A DNA stretch of 64,000 nt. It comes from an uncultured Bacilli bacterium (GTDB taxonomy: Bacteria > Bacillota_I > Bacilli_A > RF39 > UBA660). The notes under the pieces were generated by a model. That model was not told the DNA's origin. It did no database searches and saw nothing but the letters and a program-made list of their open reading frames with translations. Made by a program: the position numbers and the translations under genes. Below are positions 38,235-47,861 of this stretch, one piece after another; the stretch's first letter is position 1; the number at the start of each line of letters is the position of its first letter. The stretch lies in contig CANRCV010000004.1 in the NCBI GenBank assembly GCA_947629205.1, positions 441 to 64,440 on the forward strand, given 5' to 3'.

Positions 38235-39371
38235 TTACTGATTTTCATTTATAAATATTCTATAAGGATTTTGTTGAGTTCCATTACCACTTTGAAATAA
38301 TACTTTTGATTTAAGATAGAAAGACGGATAAATTTTAGTATTACTATAATATCCAGCATGAAAGTTCCATAATTGGCCTGTTTCATCCATGTACCATGCA
38401 TCTGGATTCCCAGAGATCGTTGTTGTCAAAAACCATTGTTTGTTCTTGCTAAATATCCAATTATTTATTACACATGAGCTATTATCACTCTCATTATTCC
38501 ATAGTTTTAAAGATTGTTGCATACATTGTGTTCTAGTTTTTAAAGCTGATCCGCTTGTTGCATATCCATAATCACTTGCATATATTAATCCAATTTTTGT
38601 ATTAGTTGATTTAGAATAACCATCACGAACACTATTTCCACGTTCTGCTTTATAAAATTCAGTTACGGTACTTAAATTGGTTTCCCCTAAATACCATTTT
38701 GCAATATCAATATACGTTTGATATGATTTTATACTACCCCAAAATTCTTCATTTAAAATATTTGTATTTAATTCGCTACTAATCCAATTATTTTGTTGTA
38801 ATTCTGGATGTCCATACCAAGAAGCTTCACTGTAGTTAACATATTTAATTAATTTTACTCTATCTTCATAAATTCCATTCTCACTTGATTGAGTAGGTAT
38901 TATACCTATAATTCGATATAAATTGTTTTCACTACATTCTCCATTTTCTTCTAAACATACATAGTTATTAGGATTAGCACCTATATATCGATAGTCCGTT
39001 TTAGCACTTTCACCAGTTTGATCAGTAGCTTCGTGTGTTTGCACTATTAATCCACTTGCTCCATCTGCAACATTTGTTACTTTTGATTTTAAATAAGTAG
39101 AAAATATTGGAGCATTAAAATCAATGGTACATTTAATTCTACTTTGATTATTGCTGTTTTTTAATTTTAAAGACCATGTTGTATCATCCCAATCTGCTTC
39201 TACTCCACCATCACATTTTATATCTTTCTTAGTAAATCCTTCATTTTGATTAGGAAAAGAAACATCACTTGTTTTTACACCATTTATACTAAAAGCAAGT
39301 GTTACATCTCCACTACTAAAATCAGGCACAACACCTTTTATAACATTAAAAGACTTTTCCATTTTATACAT
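38235..39371 (-). CDS. Phase-variable surface protein paralog (divergent C-terminal domain); annotated ORF is out-of-frame body
   Basis: 378 aa; first ~85 aa homologous to 36787..37917 product (MYK.EKSF.VIKGVVPDFS...EWD..W); C-terminal Trp/Tyr-rich domain ending GNGTQQNPYRI; same upstream architecture. Confidence 0.7.
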   Translation of the reverse strand: MYKMEKSFNVIKGVVPDFSSGDVTLAFSINGVKTSDVSFPNQNEGFTKKDIKCDGGVEADWDDTTWSLKLKNSNNQSRIKCTIDFNAPIFSTYLKSKVTNVADGASGLIVQTHEATDQTGESAKTDYRYIGANPNNYVCLEENGECSENNLYRIIGIIPTQSSENGIYEDRVKLIKYVNYSEASWYGHPELQQNNWISSELNTNILNEEFWGSIKSYQTYIDIAKWYLGETNLSTVTEFYKAERGNSVRDGYSKSTNTKIGLIYASDYGYATSGSALKTRTQCMQQSLKLWNNESDNSSCVINNWIFSKNKQWFLTTTISGNPDAWYMDETGQLWNFHAGYYSNTKIYPSFYLKSKVLFQSGNGTQQNPYRIFINENQ

Positions 39372-39486
39372 AGCAAAAGTGCGGTATAAAGTTATACCAC
39401 CAATTAGTACTATGATTCCTACTATTGTACTAATTAAAATTTGTTTTTGTTTTTTATTTTTAATAAATCTTTCTAATCTAGGTTTA

Positions 39487-39549
39487 TTATTTAATATACC
39501 CCCCCCCCAGACTAGATTTGCTGGTTGGGAGGTTTTTATTTTTCTTCAT
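39487..39549 (-). other. Leader ORF ending after G10 tract, copy B
   Basis: ATG 39549; MKKNKNLPTSKSSLGGGYIK-stop; G9 allele fuses to ...ILNNKPRLERFIKNKKQKQILISTIVGIIVLIGGITLYRTFA-MYKMEKSF. Confidence 0.7.
39499..39508 (-). repeat. Homopolymeric G10 tract (C10 on + strand) inside 5' coding region, copy B
   Basis: Ten consecutive C at 39499..39508; same -1 requirement for in-frame fusion as copy A. Confidence 0.9.
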
Positions 39550-39574
39550 TTTTTCTTCCTCCTACTATATTTTT

Positions 39575-39603
39575 ATTATAAACGAATTTCTTATTCTTGA
39601 AAA
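39575..39603 (-). promoter_or_regulatory. SigmaA-type promoter of phase-variable gene copy B
   Basis: TTTTCA(39603..39598)-17 nt-TATAAT(39580..39575), within a block nearly identical to copy A. Confidence 0.5.
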
Positions 39604-39655
39604 GTATCTTTTTTCATATTAATCCCTTTTAAGATATCATCGAATATCAAAATAA

Positions 39656-40738
39656 TTAATTGCTACAATTATTGTAGCATTTTTTCATATAATCATCTGT
39701 CATACCTGCAATAAAGTCAATGACTTTACGTGCTATTGTTGTACTACTTATATACTCTTCTGTCATATCTTTTAAGAATTTTTTATAAATCTCTGATTTG
39801 GTATTATGTATTTCAATATCATTTTTATATTTATCAAATAAAGTTCTAAACATCTTCTCATACATTTTAATCTCTTGTTTCGTATTGGCTTTTAAATAAA
39901 TATTTTCCATATTAAAGGCTTTTAAATCCACTAAAGCTTTAAAAATGGGTTTACTCATTTTAATATAAGGTTTTCCTTTACTATTTTTGATGATATCACT
40001 TACAAAAGTATTGACGATATTTTTATTTTCTTCTCCAATTAACTTGGTAATATTTTTGGGTAAGTTTTCTTTTTTGATGACACCTAAACGGATGGCATCT
40101 TCAATATCTTTTCCAATGTATGCAATAATATCACTAATTCTTACAACACAACCTTCTAACGTCATAGGTCTTAATTTTTTAATCATTCTCTTATCCACAT
40201 AGCATTGTTTATATTCCTCTAAAAACTCTTCTTTTGTTTTTTTAACAGGACGATATTCATTTAAAGGAAGTTCTCCGTTATGACACATAATAGCATCCAA
40301 AACTTGAACCGTTATGTTTCTACCACGGCCATTTTGTTCTAGATTCATTAAAACACGAACGCTTTCTATATTATGATTGAAATAGCCTTCTCCATTTTCT
40401 AAACTAATTTCATTTAAAATACTTTCTCCCACATGACCAAAAGGAACGTGTCCTAAATCATGACCAAGAGCTGCTGCTTCAATTAAGTCTTCATTTAATT
40501 TTAAGTTTCTGCCAATAGTTCTAGCTATTTTACTTACCAATTGAACGTGGATCATACGTTTTGTAATATGATCATCTTCATTGTAACTAAACACTTGGGT
40601 TTTATCTGCATATCTCGTATAACTCAAGGAATAAATAATACGATCAATATCACGAAAAAAATCCGTTCTATACGGGTCTTTTTCTTCTTTTTTTAAACGA
40701 ATAGCTTCTTCATTTACACAAGCATAGCGACTCAACAT
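39656..40738 (-). CDS. dgt: dGTPase-like HD-domain deoxynucleoside triphosphate triphosphohydrolase
   Basis: 360 aa; HD motif AALGHDLGHVPFGH and downstream His/Asp. Confidence 0.75.
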   Translation of the reverse strand: MLSRYACVNEEAIRLKKEEKDPYRTDFFRDIDRIIYSLSYTRYADKTQVFSYNEDDHITKRMIHVQLVSKIARTIGRNLKLNEDLIEAAALGHDLGHVPFGHVGESILNEISLENGEGYFNHNIESVRVLMNLEQNGRGRNITVQVLDAIMCHNGELPLNEYRPVKKTKEEFLEEYKQCYVDKRMIKKLRPMTLEGCVVRISDIIAYIGKDIEDAIRLGVIKKENLPKNITKLIGEENKNIVNTFVSDIIKNSKGKPYIKMSKPIFKALVDLKAFNMENIYLKANTKQEIKMYEKMFRTLFDKYKNDIEIHNTKSEIYKKFLKDMTEEYISSTTIARKVIDFIAGMTDDYMKKCYNNCSN

Positions 40739-40754
40739 AAGTCTTCACTTCTTT

Positions 40755-43028
40755 CTACTCCTCCGGTTCTTCCTCTTTCAGTTTCACTAAAACCTCTCTT
40801 GGTTTTGAACCATTTTGTGGTCCTATTATACCTCTTTCTTCTAATAAATCAACTATTCTGGCAGCACGATTATAACCAAGTCTAAATCTTCTTTGTAAAA
40901 GAGATGCACTGACCTTACCAGTTTCTAAAGCAAATTTAACCACTTCATCGTAAATTGGATCATCTGTATCATCATTAAATGGAGCAACACCACTTATAGA
41001 ATCGGTAGATTCACTACCCACATTCATTAAAGATTCATCATAACTGGCTTCTTGTTGTTTACTAACAAATTTAATAATACGTTCAATTTCATCATCAGAA
41101 ATATAGCAACCTTGAATACGAGTTGGGAATGGTGCTCCCATTGGTTGATAAAGCATATCTCCTTTCCCAAGTAGTTTTTCTGCACCCGGTGCATCTAGTA
41201 TGGTACGAGAATCAATGTAACTGGCAACCGAAAATGCTATACGTGATGGAATATTCGTTTTAATAACACCCGTAATAATATCGGTAGATGGTCTTTGGGT
41301 TGCTACAATTAAATGAATTCCAGCTGCACGAGCAAGTTGAGTAATACGCATGATCGAATCTTCTACTTCTTTTCTGGCAACAATCATTAAATCCGCCATT
41401 TCATCCACAATGACAACTAAATAATTCATTTTGGCTTGCGGATTATTGGGATGGCGTTCATTTTCACTTTCTATTTTTTTGTTGTAATCGGCAATATTTT
41501 TAACCCCTTTTTCTGCTAATACTTTATAACGACGATCCATTTCCCCTACTACTTTTTGTAAAACAAGACTGGCGCGTTTTGGATCGGTTACAACTGGAGC
41601 TAGTAAATGCGGTATACCATTGTAATTCGATAGTTCTACTTGTTTTGGATCTACTAAAACCAGTTTTACCTCATCAGGTCTATAATGCATTAAAAGAGAA
41701 ATAATAATACTATTAATACAAACAGACTTACCACTACCCGTAGAACCTGCAACTAGTAAATGTGGCATCGTCGTTAAATCGGCATTAATCGTACGTCCTG
41801 CTATATCTTTTCCTAAAGTAACCAGTAAACCTTTTTTAATTTTATCAGGATTGGCATCTCCAATTACTTCTTTTATTTTAACACTACTAACCTCTTTATT
41901 GGGTATTTCAACTCCTATGGTACTTTTACCAGGAATTGGAGCTTCAATACGAACATCTTTAGCAGCAAGAGCAAGAGCAATTTCTTTGTTAATGCTACTT
42001 ACTCGACTCAACTTAGTACCTGTTGGTACAACCACCTCGTATTGCGTAACAGCAGGACCTACATGTATTTCTACAACTTTTCCTTGAATTTGAAAATCAT
42101 TTAAAACACGTTCTAAACATTCTTTATTACTACGAATAAACTCTGTAGAATTTACTTTTTTATTACGAGTTACCTCATCTAAAAGCGTAAGTGGTGGCAA
42201 TTTATACGTTGAATTTACGAATTCATTATGTATTTCACTTTCCTCAATTAATTTTGGTTCATTTTTAGTTGGATGTGGTTTTAATTCTTCTACACTCGTA
42301 ATTACAATTTTATCATCAGGTTCTGTTACCCCTGTAATTGGTAAATCCAGATTTTTCTCTTTCTTGGCTTTTTTATGAAATATTTTTCCAAAAACTGTTC
42401 CTATATTGATATTAAATACCATAATTAAACCAAATAAAGTTAAAATAGAAATCACAATATAGGTTCCCGTTAAACCAAATAAAACGGATACTAAAAAAGA
42501 TAATGTAGCTCCTAAAATTCCTCCTCCAATGACAATAGAGGTTTGTCCCGTACTGGTTAGAATCTCTGCTTTATTAATGGAATCCATTCGATCCATATAA
42601 CTACTAATCGTTTCTTGAAATATTTCTACTGGTTTTGCACAATTCTTAACAAAACTAATATGAGATAAAATTAAAATAACAGCAATTAAAATATAAATAC
42701 CAATTAATTTTGAAGATACAAAATTAGGTAATTTACGTTTTATCAGCATATGAATTCCTAAAACGAATACTAAAATTAAAGCACAAAACCACCATTCACC
42801 AAGTAAAAACATGGCAAATTCTTTAATAATAGCTCCCACAGGTCCAAAGCCAAAACCAATAAGTCCTATTAAAATTAAAATAAGACCTGTAAGTTCTACA
42901 CTATATTCAAATTTATTTTTACTTTCCTCTTTTGATTTTTTTTTCTTTGCCATATGCTTCACCATACTCATTATAGCAAGTTGCTTATTTTTTTGCAAAA
43001 AAAAGTGCCTACTTGACACTGAAATCAT
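40755..43028 (-). CDS. ftsK: DNA translocase FtsK/SpoIIIE
   Basis: 757 aa; N-terminal 4-5 TM, linker, motor domain with Walker A GSTGSGKS, C-terminal winged-helix gamma domain. Confidence 0.9.
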   Translation of the reverse strand: MISVSSRHFFLQKNKQLAIMSMVKHMAKKKKSKEESKNKFEYSVELTGLILILIGLIGFGFGPVGAIIKEFAMFLLGEWWFCALILVFVLGIHMLIKRKLPNFVSSKLIGIYILIAVILILSHISFVKNCAKPVEIFQETISSYMDRMDSINKAEILTSTGQTSIVIGGGILGATLSFLVSVLFGLTGTYIVISILTLFGLIMVFNINIGTVFGKIFHKKAKKEKNLDLPITGVTEPDDKIVITSVEELKPHPTKNEPKLIEESEIHNEFVNSTYKLPPLTLLDEVTRNKKVNSTEFIRSNKECLERVLNDFQIQGKVVEIHVGPAVTQYEVVVPTGTKLSRVSSINKEIALALAAKDVRIEAPIPGKSTIGVEIPNKEVSSVKIKEVIGDANPDKIKKGLLVTLGKDIAGRTINADLTTMPHLLVAGSTGSGKSVCINSIIISLLMHYRPDEVKLVLVDPKQVELSNYNGIPHLLAPVVTDPKRASLVLQKVVGEMDRRYKVLAEKGVKNIADYNKKIESENERHPNNPQAKMNYLVVIVDEMADLMIVARKEVEDSIMRITQLARAAGIHLIVATQRPSTDIITGVIKTNIPSRIAFSVASYIDSRTILDAPGAEKLLGKGDMLYQPMGAPFPTRIQGCYISDDEIERIIKFVSKQQEASYDESLMNVGSESTDSISGVAPFNDDTDDPIYDEVVKFALETGKVSASLLQRRFRLGYNRAARIVDLLEERGIIGPQNGSKPREVLVKLKEEEPEE

Positions 43029-43057
43029 TCTTTTACTGAGACAAAAAAAGAGCTTTT

Positions 43058-43618
43058 TTATGCTCTACTTGAATATTTTCCGTCTTTGGTTGAAATAATA
43101 ATTTTTTCTCCACTTTCAATAAATAGGGGTACTTTTACCGTATAACCCGTTTCTAATGTAGCATCTTTCATTGCATTATTCGTTGTATTTCCCTTTACAG
43201 CTGGTTCTGTATCTGTAACTGTAAATTCAATTTTTTCTGGTAAAGTAATACCAATAATTTCTCCTTCATAAAAATCCATTAAAATTTCTAAATTTTCTTT
43301 TAAGAATTTCTTATCTTCCCCTAAAACAGTGTCGGGAATTTCAATTTGTTCATAAGTATTTGTATCCATAAAAACAAAATTAGAACCATTGGCATATAAA
43401 TATTGCATTGGAGATTTTGTAATATGAGCACGATCAACTTTTGTACCGGAATTAAAAGATACTTCTGTAATAGAACCCGTTTTTAAATTTTTAAGTTTCA
43501 TTTTTACAAACGCAGCTCCTTTTCCAGGTTTTACATGATAGAAATCTTGTACGACACAAGGGGATCCATCTACCATAATTGTCATTCCATTTTTTATTTC
43601 ATTAACACTAATATTCAT
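43058..43618 (-). CDS. efp: Elongation factor P
   Basis: 186 aa; KNGMTIMVDG...VKPGKGAAFVKMKLKNLKTG canonical EF-P with conserved Lys. Confidence 0.95.
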   Translation of the reverse strand: MNISVNEIKNGMTIMVDGSPCVVQDFYHVKPGKGAAFVKMKLKNLKTGSITEVSFNSGTKVDRAHITKSPMQYLYANGSNFVFMDTNTYEQIEIPDTVLGEDKKFLKENLEILMDFYEGEIIGITLPEKIEFTVTDTEPAVKGNTTNNAMKDATLETGYTVKVPLFIESGEKIIISTKDGKYSSRA

Positions 43619-43630
43619 TTTTTAAACCTC

Positions 43631-43804
43631 CTATTTTCCTAATTTTGTTTCAACAAATGTTGTTGTTTTATTACATTTAGGACAAAATTTTTTCACTTCT
43701 AATTTATCAGGTGTATTTTTTTTATTTTTAATACTCGGTCTTCTTTGATATCCACATTCTGTACATTTAAGACCAAAAAATACTCGATTTAGATTTTTTG
43801 CCAT
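43631..43804 (-). CDS. rpmG: 50S ribosomal protein L33
   Basis: 57 aa not in ORF track: MAKNLNRVFFGLKCTECGYQRRPSIKNKKNTPDKLEVKKFCPKCNKTTTFVETKLGK; CxxC...CxxC zinc ribbon. Confidence 0.8.
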   Translation of the reverse strand: MAKNLNRVFFGLKCTECGYQRRPSIKNKKNTPDKLEVKKFCPKCNKTTTFVETKLGK

Positions 43805-43873
43805 GTAAGATACCTCTCTTTCTTTTTAAAACTATATGTATTATAAAATAAATTGTGTACTATTGCAACTTTT

Positions 43874-45871
43874 TTAAAAGTTTTTAAAAACATAATCACT
43901 AGCGGATTTACTAATATAACGATTAATATAAGCAAAATAATTGGTTGTTCCATTATAATGACTTACATTAGGACTTACCACTACCATACTGTATTTAGGA
44001 GATTCTACGGGAGCATAAAAAGCAAAGGTATTATTAATGGTTTCTACATCCCCCACTCCATCTTGATTACTATCATAAATGGTTTCACTCGTTCCTGTTT
44101 TTCCTGCTGCTTTTAAGTTTACATCTACATATCCAGAACCGGTTCCACCATTTAATACTTGATAAAATCCAGTATGAATACGATCAAAATACGTTTGTTC
44201 TAAAGCAAACGTACTTAAAATGGTTTTTTCTTGTTTTAAAACAACATTTCCATCTGTATCTAAAATTTTATCCATTAAAGAAAGTTTATAACGAACCCCA
44301 CTTGTTGCAATTGTATTAATATATTGTAATAATTCTAAAGGTGTATACGTATCATACTGTCCTATAGCTAAATTTAAAAGTAAATCGGGGGCAATGGTTT
44401 TTCCTTTCATTCCCGTCTGTTCATAAGGTAGATCAATACCCGTTTTTACTCCTAAACCAAATAAAGAAAAAGCATCCCGATAAATAGAAAATTCTTTTTC
44501 ACTTACTTGCATTTTTAAATTAGGTTTATATGTATATCCAGCTAGTTTAATAGCTAATAAAAATTGATAATAATTAGAACTGGTTTTTAAAGCTGTTATA
44601 TCATCAATCATACCAAGTGATTTATAAGAACATTTTTCTGGAACTAAATAAAGTTTTACACAAGAATCCTTTATTTTTTTTCCTACCTCTACTAACTTAT
44701 TTTGATAAGCCATAGCCATACTAGCTCCTTTTACAATACTTCCTACTGTAAAAGATTTAGTTAAAACATCACTTTCGACATTTTTAAATACATCATTTCC
44801 TAAATATTGTAATCCTACAATGGCTTTTAGTTGCCCATCTAAAGGAGTACCTACAAGTACATAACTACCATGATAATATTCCGTATTTTTTAACTTTTTT
44901 CCTTCTTTAATTTGTTCTTTTACAATTTGTTCAAGACCAAGTTGCATATGAATATCAATCGATAAAACCAAATCATGTCCTCTTTTTCCTTCTTTTACAA
45001 GGGTTAATGTTCCATCATTTTCCACTTTATAAACATCCTTTTCTCCTTTTAAAAAAGGTTCATATTGTTCTTCTAAATAACTAATACCAATTTGATCATT
45101 AAGAGAATACCCTAAATTTAAATATTTTTCTTTTTCTTCTTCAAAAATAGGTCCAACAGTACCAAAAAGACCTCTTAAGGTAGAACCATAAGGATACTCT
45201 CTTTTAAAATACATTTCACTGGTAATTCCACTTAACTTTTTTTCTAAAATTTGAGCATTTTCCGATTCACTTACCTCTAATTTAATTAATTTGGCTTCAT
45301 AGTAGTAGCCTTCGTTCATTAAGTGGTATAAAAGAGCTACTTTCTTTTCAATTGCACTAAAAGTATTTAACATATCTTCTGTAATACGATCTAGTTTTAA
45401 AAGATATAAATCTTGACTATTTAATTTTCTTTGTTCATACAAATCATATTCTTCCTGCGTAATTAAAGCATCAGCATCTTTTTGATGGGTCACAATCCAA
45501 TAATTTTTTAAATCGAGTAAACTGGGGTTTTGATCCATGGTTAAAACCATTGCAAGTTCTTTGGCAATTTCTAATTCTTTTTCTGTATCAATATAATTAT
45601 TTTTACGATAAACAATCGCTTTTATGCCAATATTATCTACTAATACATTTCCCTTACAATCTAAAATTCTTCCTCTCGGTCTTGATAGGGATTGAACATA
45701 GCGATTGGTTTTTTCTTCATACATTTGTTGATAATATTCTTGCTTTTGAAAAATTGTTTGATATAAAAAAATACTTGTTAGTAAAAATAAACTAAAAATA
45801 AAACCATAATAAAACTTTTTCATTTCAAAACACCTATTCTTAGTATTCAAAAAAAATCTTTTTTCATACAA
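43874..45871 (-). CDS. Class B penicillin-binding protein (PBP2/SpoVD/FtsI-like transpeptidase)
   Basis: 665 aa; N-terminal TM, dimerisation domain, transpeptidase with KTG(T) box (AGKTGTSE). Confidence 0.85.
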   Translation of the reverse strand: MYEKRFFLNTKNRCFEMKKFYYGFIFSLFLLTSIFLYQTIFQKQEYYQQMYEEKTNRYVQSLSRPRGRILDCKGNVLVDNIGIKAIVYRKNNYIDTEKELEIAKELAMVLTMDQNPSLLDLKNYWIVTHQKDADALITQEEYDLYEQRKLNSQDLYLLKLDRITEDMLNTFSAIEKKVALLYHLMNEGYYYEAKLIKLEVSESENAQILEKKLSGITSEMYFKREYPYGSTLRGLFGTVGPIFEEEKEKYLNLGYSLNDQIGISYLEEQYEPFLKGEKDVYKVENDGTLTLVKEGKRGHDLVLSIDIHMQLGLEQIVKEQIKEGKKLKNTEYYHGSYVLVGTPLDGQLKAIVGLQYLGNDVFKNVESDVLTKSFTVGSIVKGASMAMAYQNKLVEVGKKIKDSCVKLYLVPEKCSYKSLGMIDDITALKTSSNYYQFLLAIKLAGYTYKPNLKMQVSEKEFSIYRDAFSLFGLGVKTGIDLPYEQTGMKGKTIAPDLLLNLAIGQYDTYTPLELLQYINTIATSGVRYKLSLMDKILDTDGNVVLKQEKTILSTFALEQTYFDRIHTGFYQVLNGGTGSGYVDVNLKAAGKTGTSETIYDSNQDGVGDVETINNTFAFYAPVESPKYSMVVVSPNVSHYNGTTNYFAYINRYISKSASDYVFKNF

Positions 45872-45887
45872 TATACTAGGTGATTAT

Positions 45888-46148
45888 ATGTATAATATTA
45901 TAGAAAGGTATATGGATAAATTAACCAAAGAAGATGTCAATCGTTTCGCCCAAAACAATAATGTTTTTTTAAGTGAAGAAGAACTGGATTTTACGTATCT
46001 ATTTGTGAAAAAAAATTGGTCAACCGTAATTGCCAATCCTAATACACTTAATTTAGATCGTTACAAAGATAAATTCAGTGAAGAAAATTTACTTAAAATT
46101 AAAAAATTATTTAAAGAATACTCTATACGTTATAAAAACTTTTTATAG
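45888..46148 (+). CDS. Small protein, DUF2624/YlbG-like
   Basis: 86 aa; AGGTGA RBS; weak similarity to YlbG-type proteins; convergent overlap with nfo 3' end. Confidence 0.5.
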   Translation: MYNIIERYMDKLTKEDVNRFAQNNNVFLSEEELDFTYLFVKKNWSTVIANPNTLNLDRYKDKFSEENLLKIKKLFKEYSIRYKNFL

Positions 46149-47029
46149 TCATTTTTGACATCTTCTACTAAATTGGGATTAAATTTTCCTTGTTGTAATG
46201 AAAGTATTTCCAATTTATAGGGAGGATACGCACGTTCAATATAAGGTGTTTCTAATATTTTAGGAACATCTTTTAATTTAGGACAAGTTAACACTTGATA
46301 AAGGGATTGAAAACCAATAGAACCAAGTCCAATATTTTCATGACGATCTTTATGTGCTCCAAGAGGGTTTTTACTATCATTTAAATGAACACAATGAATG
46401 TTTTCTATACCAATCAATTGATCAAATTTTTCTAAAAAAGCATCAAAATCACTTATATTATAACCAGCGTCATTTAAATGACAAGTATCTATACATACCC
46501 CAATATTTTTAGAATGTACTTGATTTACTATTTGTTTTAGTTCTTCTAAAGTACAACCACATTCACTCCCTTTTCCCGCCATTGTCTCTAAAAGAATCAT
46601 AGGAGAATCTGGTTCAATAATAAAATTTAGAGCATCACTTATATTTTGTAAAGCTACATTTTTTTCTAACCCTACAGCGCTTCCTGGATGAACAACAATA
46701 TATTCTACATTTAACTCTTTACAACGTTTTAATTCTTGTTTTAAAAATTGAATACTAAATTGCCACTTTTCTAAATCTTTGTTATTCGCAAGATTAATGA
46801 TATAAGGAGCATGACAAATCACATGTTTTGTAGATATTTTATTTTCTTTCATCAACTGCATAGCTTCTTCTGTTAAATGTGAATCTAATGGTTTACGAAT
46901 GGTATTTTGAGGAGCTCCTGTATAAAACATAAATGCATTCGCTCCATAAGAAAGAGCTTGTTTTACACTCCCTAATAATTGTTCATTTGTAAAATTGACA
47001 TGACAACCTAAAATCATTTTCATCACCAA
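46130..47029 (-). CDS. nfo: Endonuclease IV (AP endonuclease, TIM-barrel)
   Basis: 299 aa; HAPYIINLA, VHPGS, HLNDSK metal-binding motifs. Confidence 0.9.
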   Translation of the reverse strand: MVMKMILGCHVNFTNEQLLGSVKQALSYGANAFMFYTGAPQNTIRKPLDSHLTEEAMQLMKENKISTKHVICHAPYIINLANNKDLEKWQFSIQFLKQELKRCKELNVEYIVVHPGSAVGLEKNVALQNISDALNFIIEPDSPMILLETMAGKGSECGCTLEELKQIVNQVHSKNIGVCIDTCHLNDAGYNISDFDAFLEKFDQLIGIENIHCVHLNDSKNPLGAHKDRHENIGLGSIGFQSLYQVLTCPKLKDVPKILETPYIERAYPPYKLEILSLQQGKFNPNLVEDVKNDYKKFL

Positions 47030-47046
47030 ACCTATTATCTCATAAA

Positions 47047-47066
47047 TAGCAAAAAAAAAGAAGAAA
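47047..47066 (-). terminator. Intrinsic terminator downstream of pilin gene
   Basis: aagaagaa-ttcttctt hairpin preceded on + strand by A9 (U-run on minus transcript). Confidence 0.55.
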
Positions 47067-47097
47067 TTCTTCTTAACTATTAAAACTCCCCACTAAA

Positions 47098-47568
47098 TTA
47101 ACTAGAGCTACTATTAAACATATTACCGCTATTTACACTACTTTCACCATTACAGTTTTCAGAAGCCGTTGTTCCTTCTACTGCACTATCTCCATTTGCT
47201 CCTTTTTCTCCAGATATAGTATATTTTCCATTACTAATCCAGAATGTATAAGTAGGATTTTTACCATTGTTAGGGTTTGATACTAAAACACTTCCGGTAT
47301 AGTCATCCTTTTTTCCTTTTGTATACAATCCTTCATTATATAAATATTCTACAGAAAAACAAGCATTTCCTGTTATCATATGCAATTGATAAGCAGCCAT
47401 TGCAGACTCGATTAATTCATTACCTTCTGTTGCTAAAACATCTCTTTTTCCTTTTTCCAAAAAAGAAAAGACATTTTTAGAAGCCATTAAAAGAATAACG
47501 GCTAAAATAACGATTACTGCTAATAATTCAATTAAAGTAAAACCATTTTTATTCTTAACTATCTTCAT
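47098..47568 (-). CDS. comGC: Type IV (pseudo)pilin, ComGC-like major pseudopilin
   Basis: Start set to MKIVKNKNG|FTLIELLAVIVILAVI (class III prepilin signal, Glu at +5) with AAGGA RBS; 156 aa. Confidence 0.75.
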   Translation of the reverse strand: MKIVKNKNGFTLIELLAVIVILAVILLMASKNVFSFLEKGKRDVLATEGNELIESAMAAYQLHMITGNACFSVEYLYNEGLYTKGKKDDYTGSVLVSNPNNGKNPTYTFWISNGKYTISGEKGANGDSAVEGTTASENCNGESSVNSGNMFNSSSS

Positions 47569-47637
47569 ACAAGTTACCATCCTTGTCTATTATCAATTTC
47601 ATTATACAATAGATAAAAGAAGGTAGTCAATCAAAAA

Positions 47638-47859
47638 CTATTTTAAATTTTCCAAAATACCAGTAATAATATCCATATTATCTATGGCATCACTAATTTT
47701 ATCTGTTACTTTTAAATGATATTTATCTTTCATTGCTTTTACAAAATTTTTATAATTATCACTATCCCGATTTAATTCTTTATACCAATAAGAATTTTCT
47801 TTTAATAAAGCAGCCATTTTGGCATCTTCTTCTAATTTTTGTTGTAATAGAAATTCCAT
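47638..47859 (-). CDS. ylbE: YlbE-like small protein (DUF1811)
   Basis: 73 aa; NSYWYKELNRD resembles B. subtilis YlbE NPYWYRKLSRN. Confidence 0.5.
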   Translation of the reverse strand: MEFLLQQKLEEDAKMAALLKENSYWYKELNRDSDNYKNFVKAMKDKYHLKVTDKISDAIDNMDIITGILENLK

Positions 47860-47861
47860 TA

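Noticed and set aside
39660-39690. Inverted repeat ttgctacaat/attgtagcaa near 39670 as a terminator
   Set aside because: It lies inside the C-terminal codons of dgt (encodes ...CYNNCSN). No matching U-run for the minus-strand transcript.
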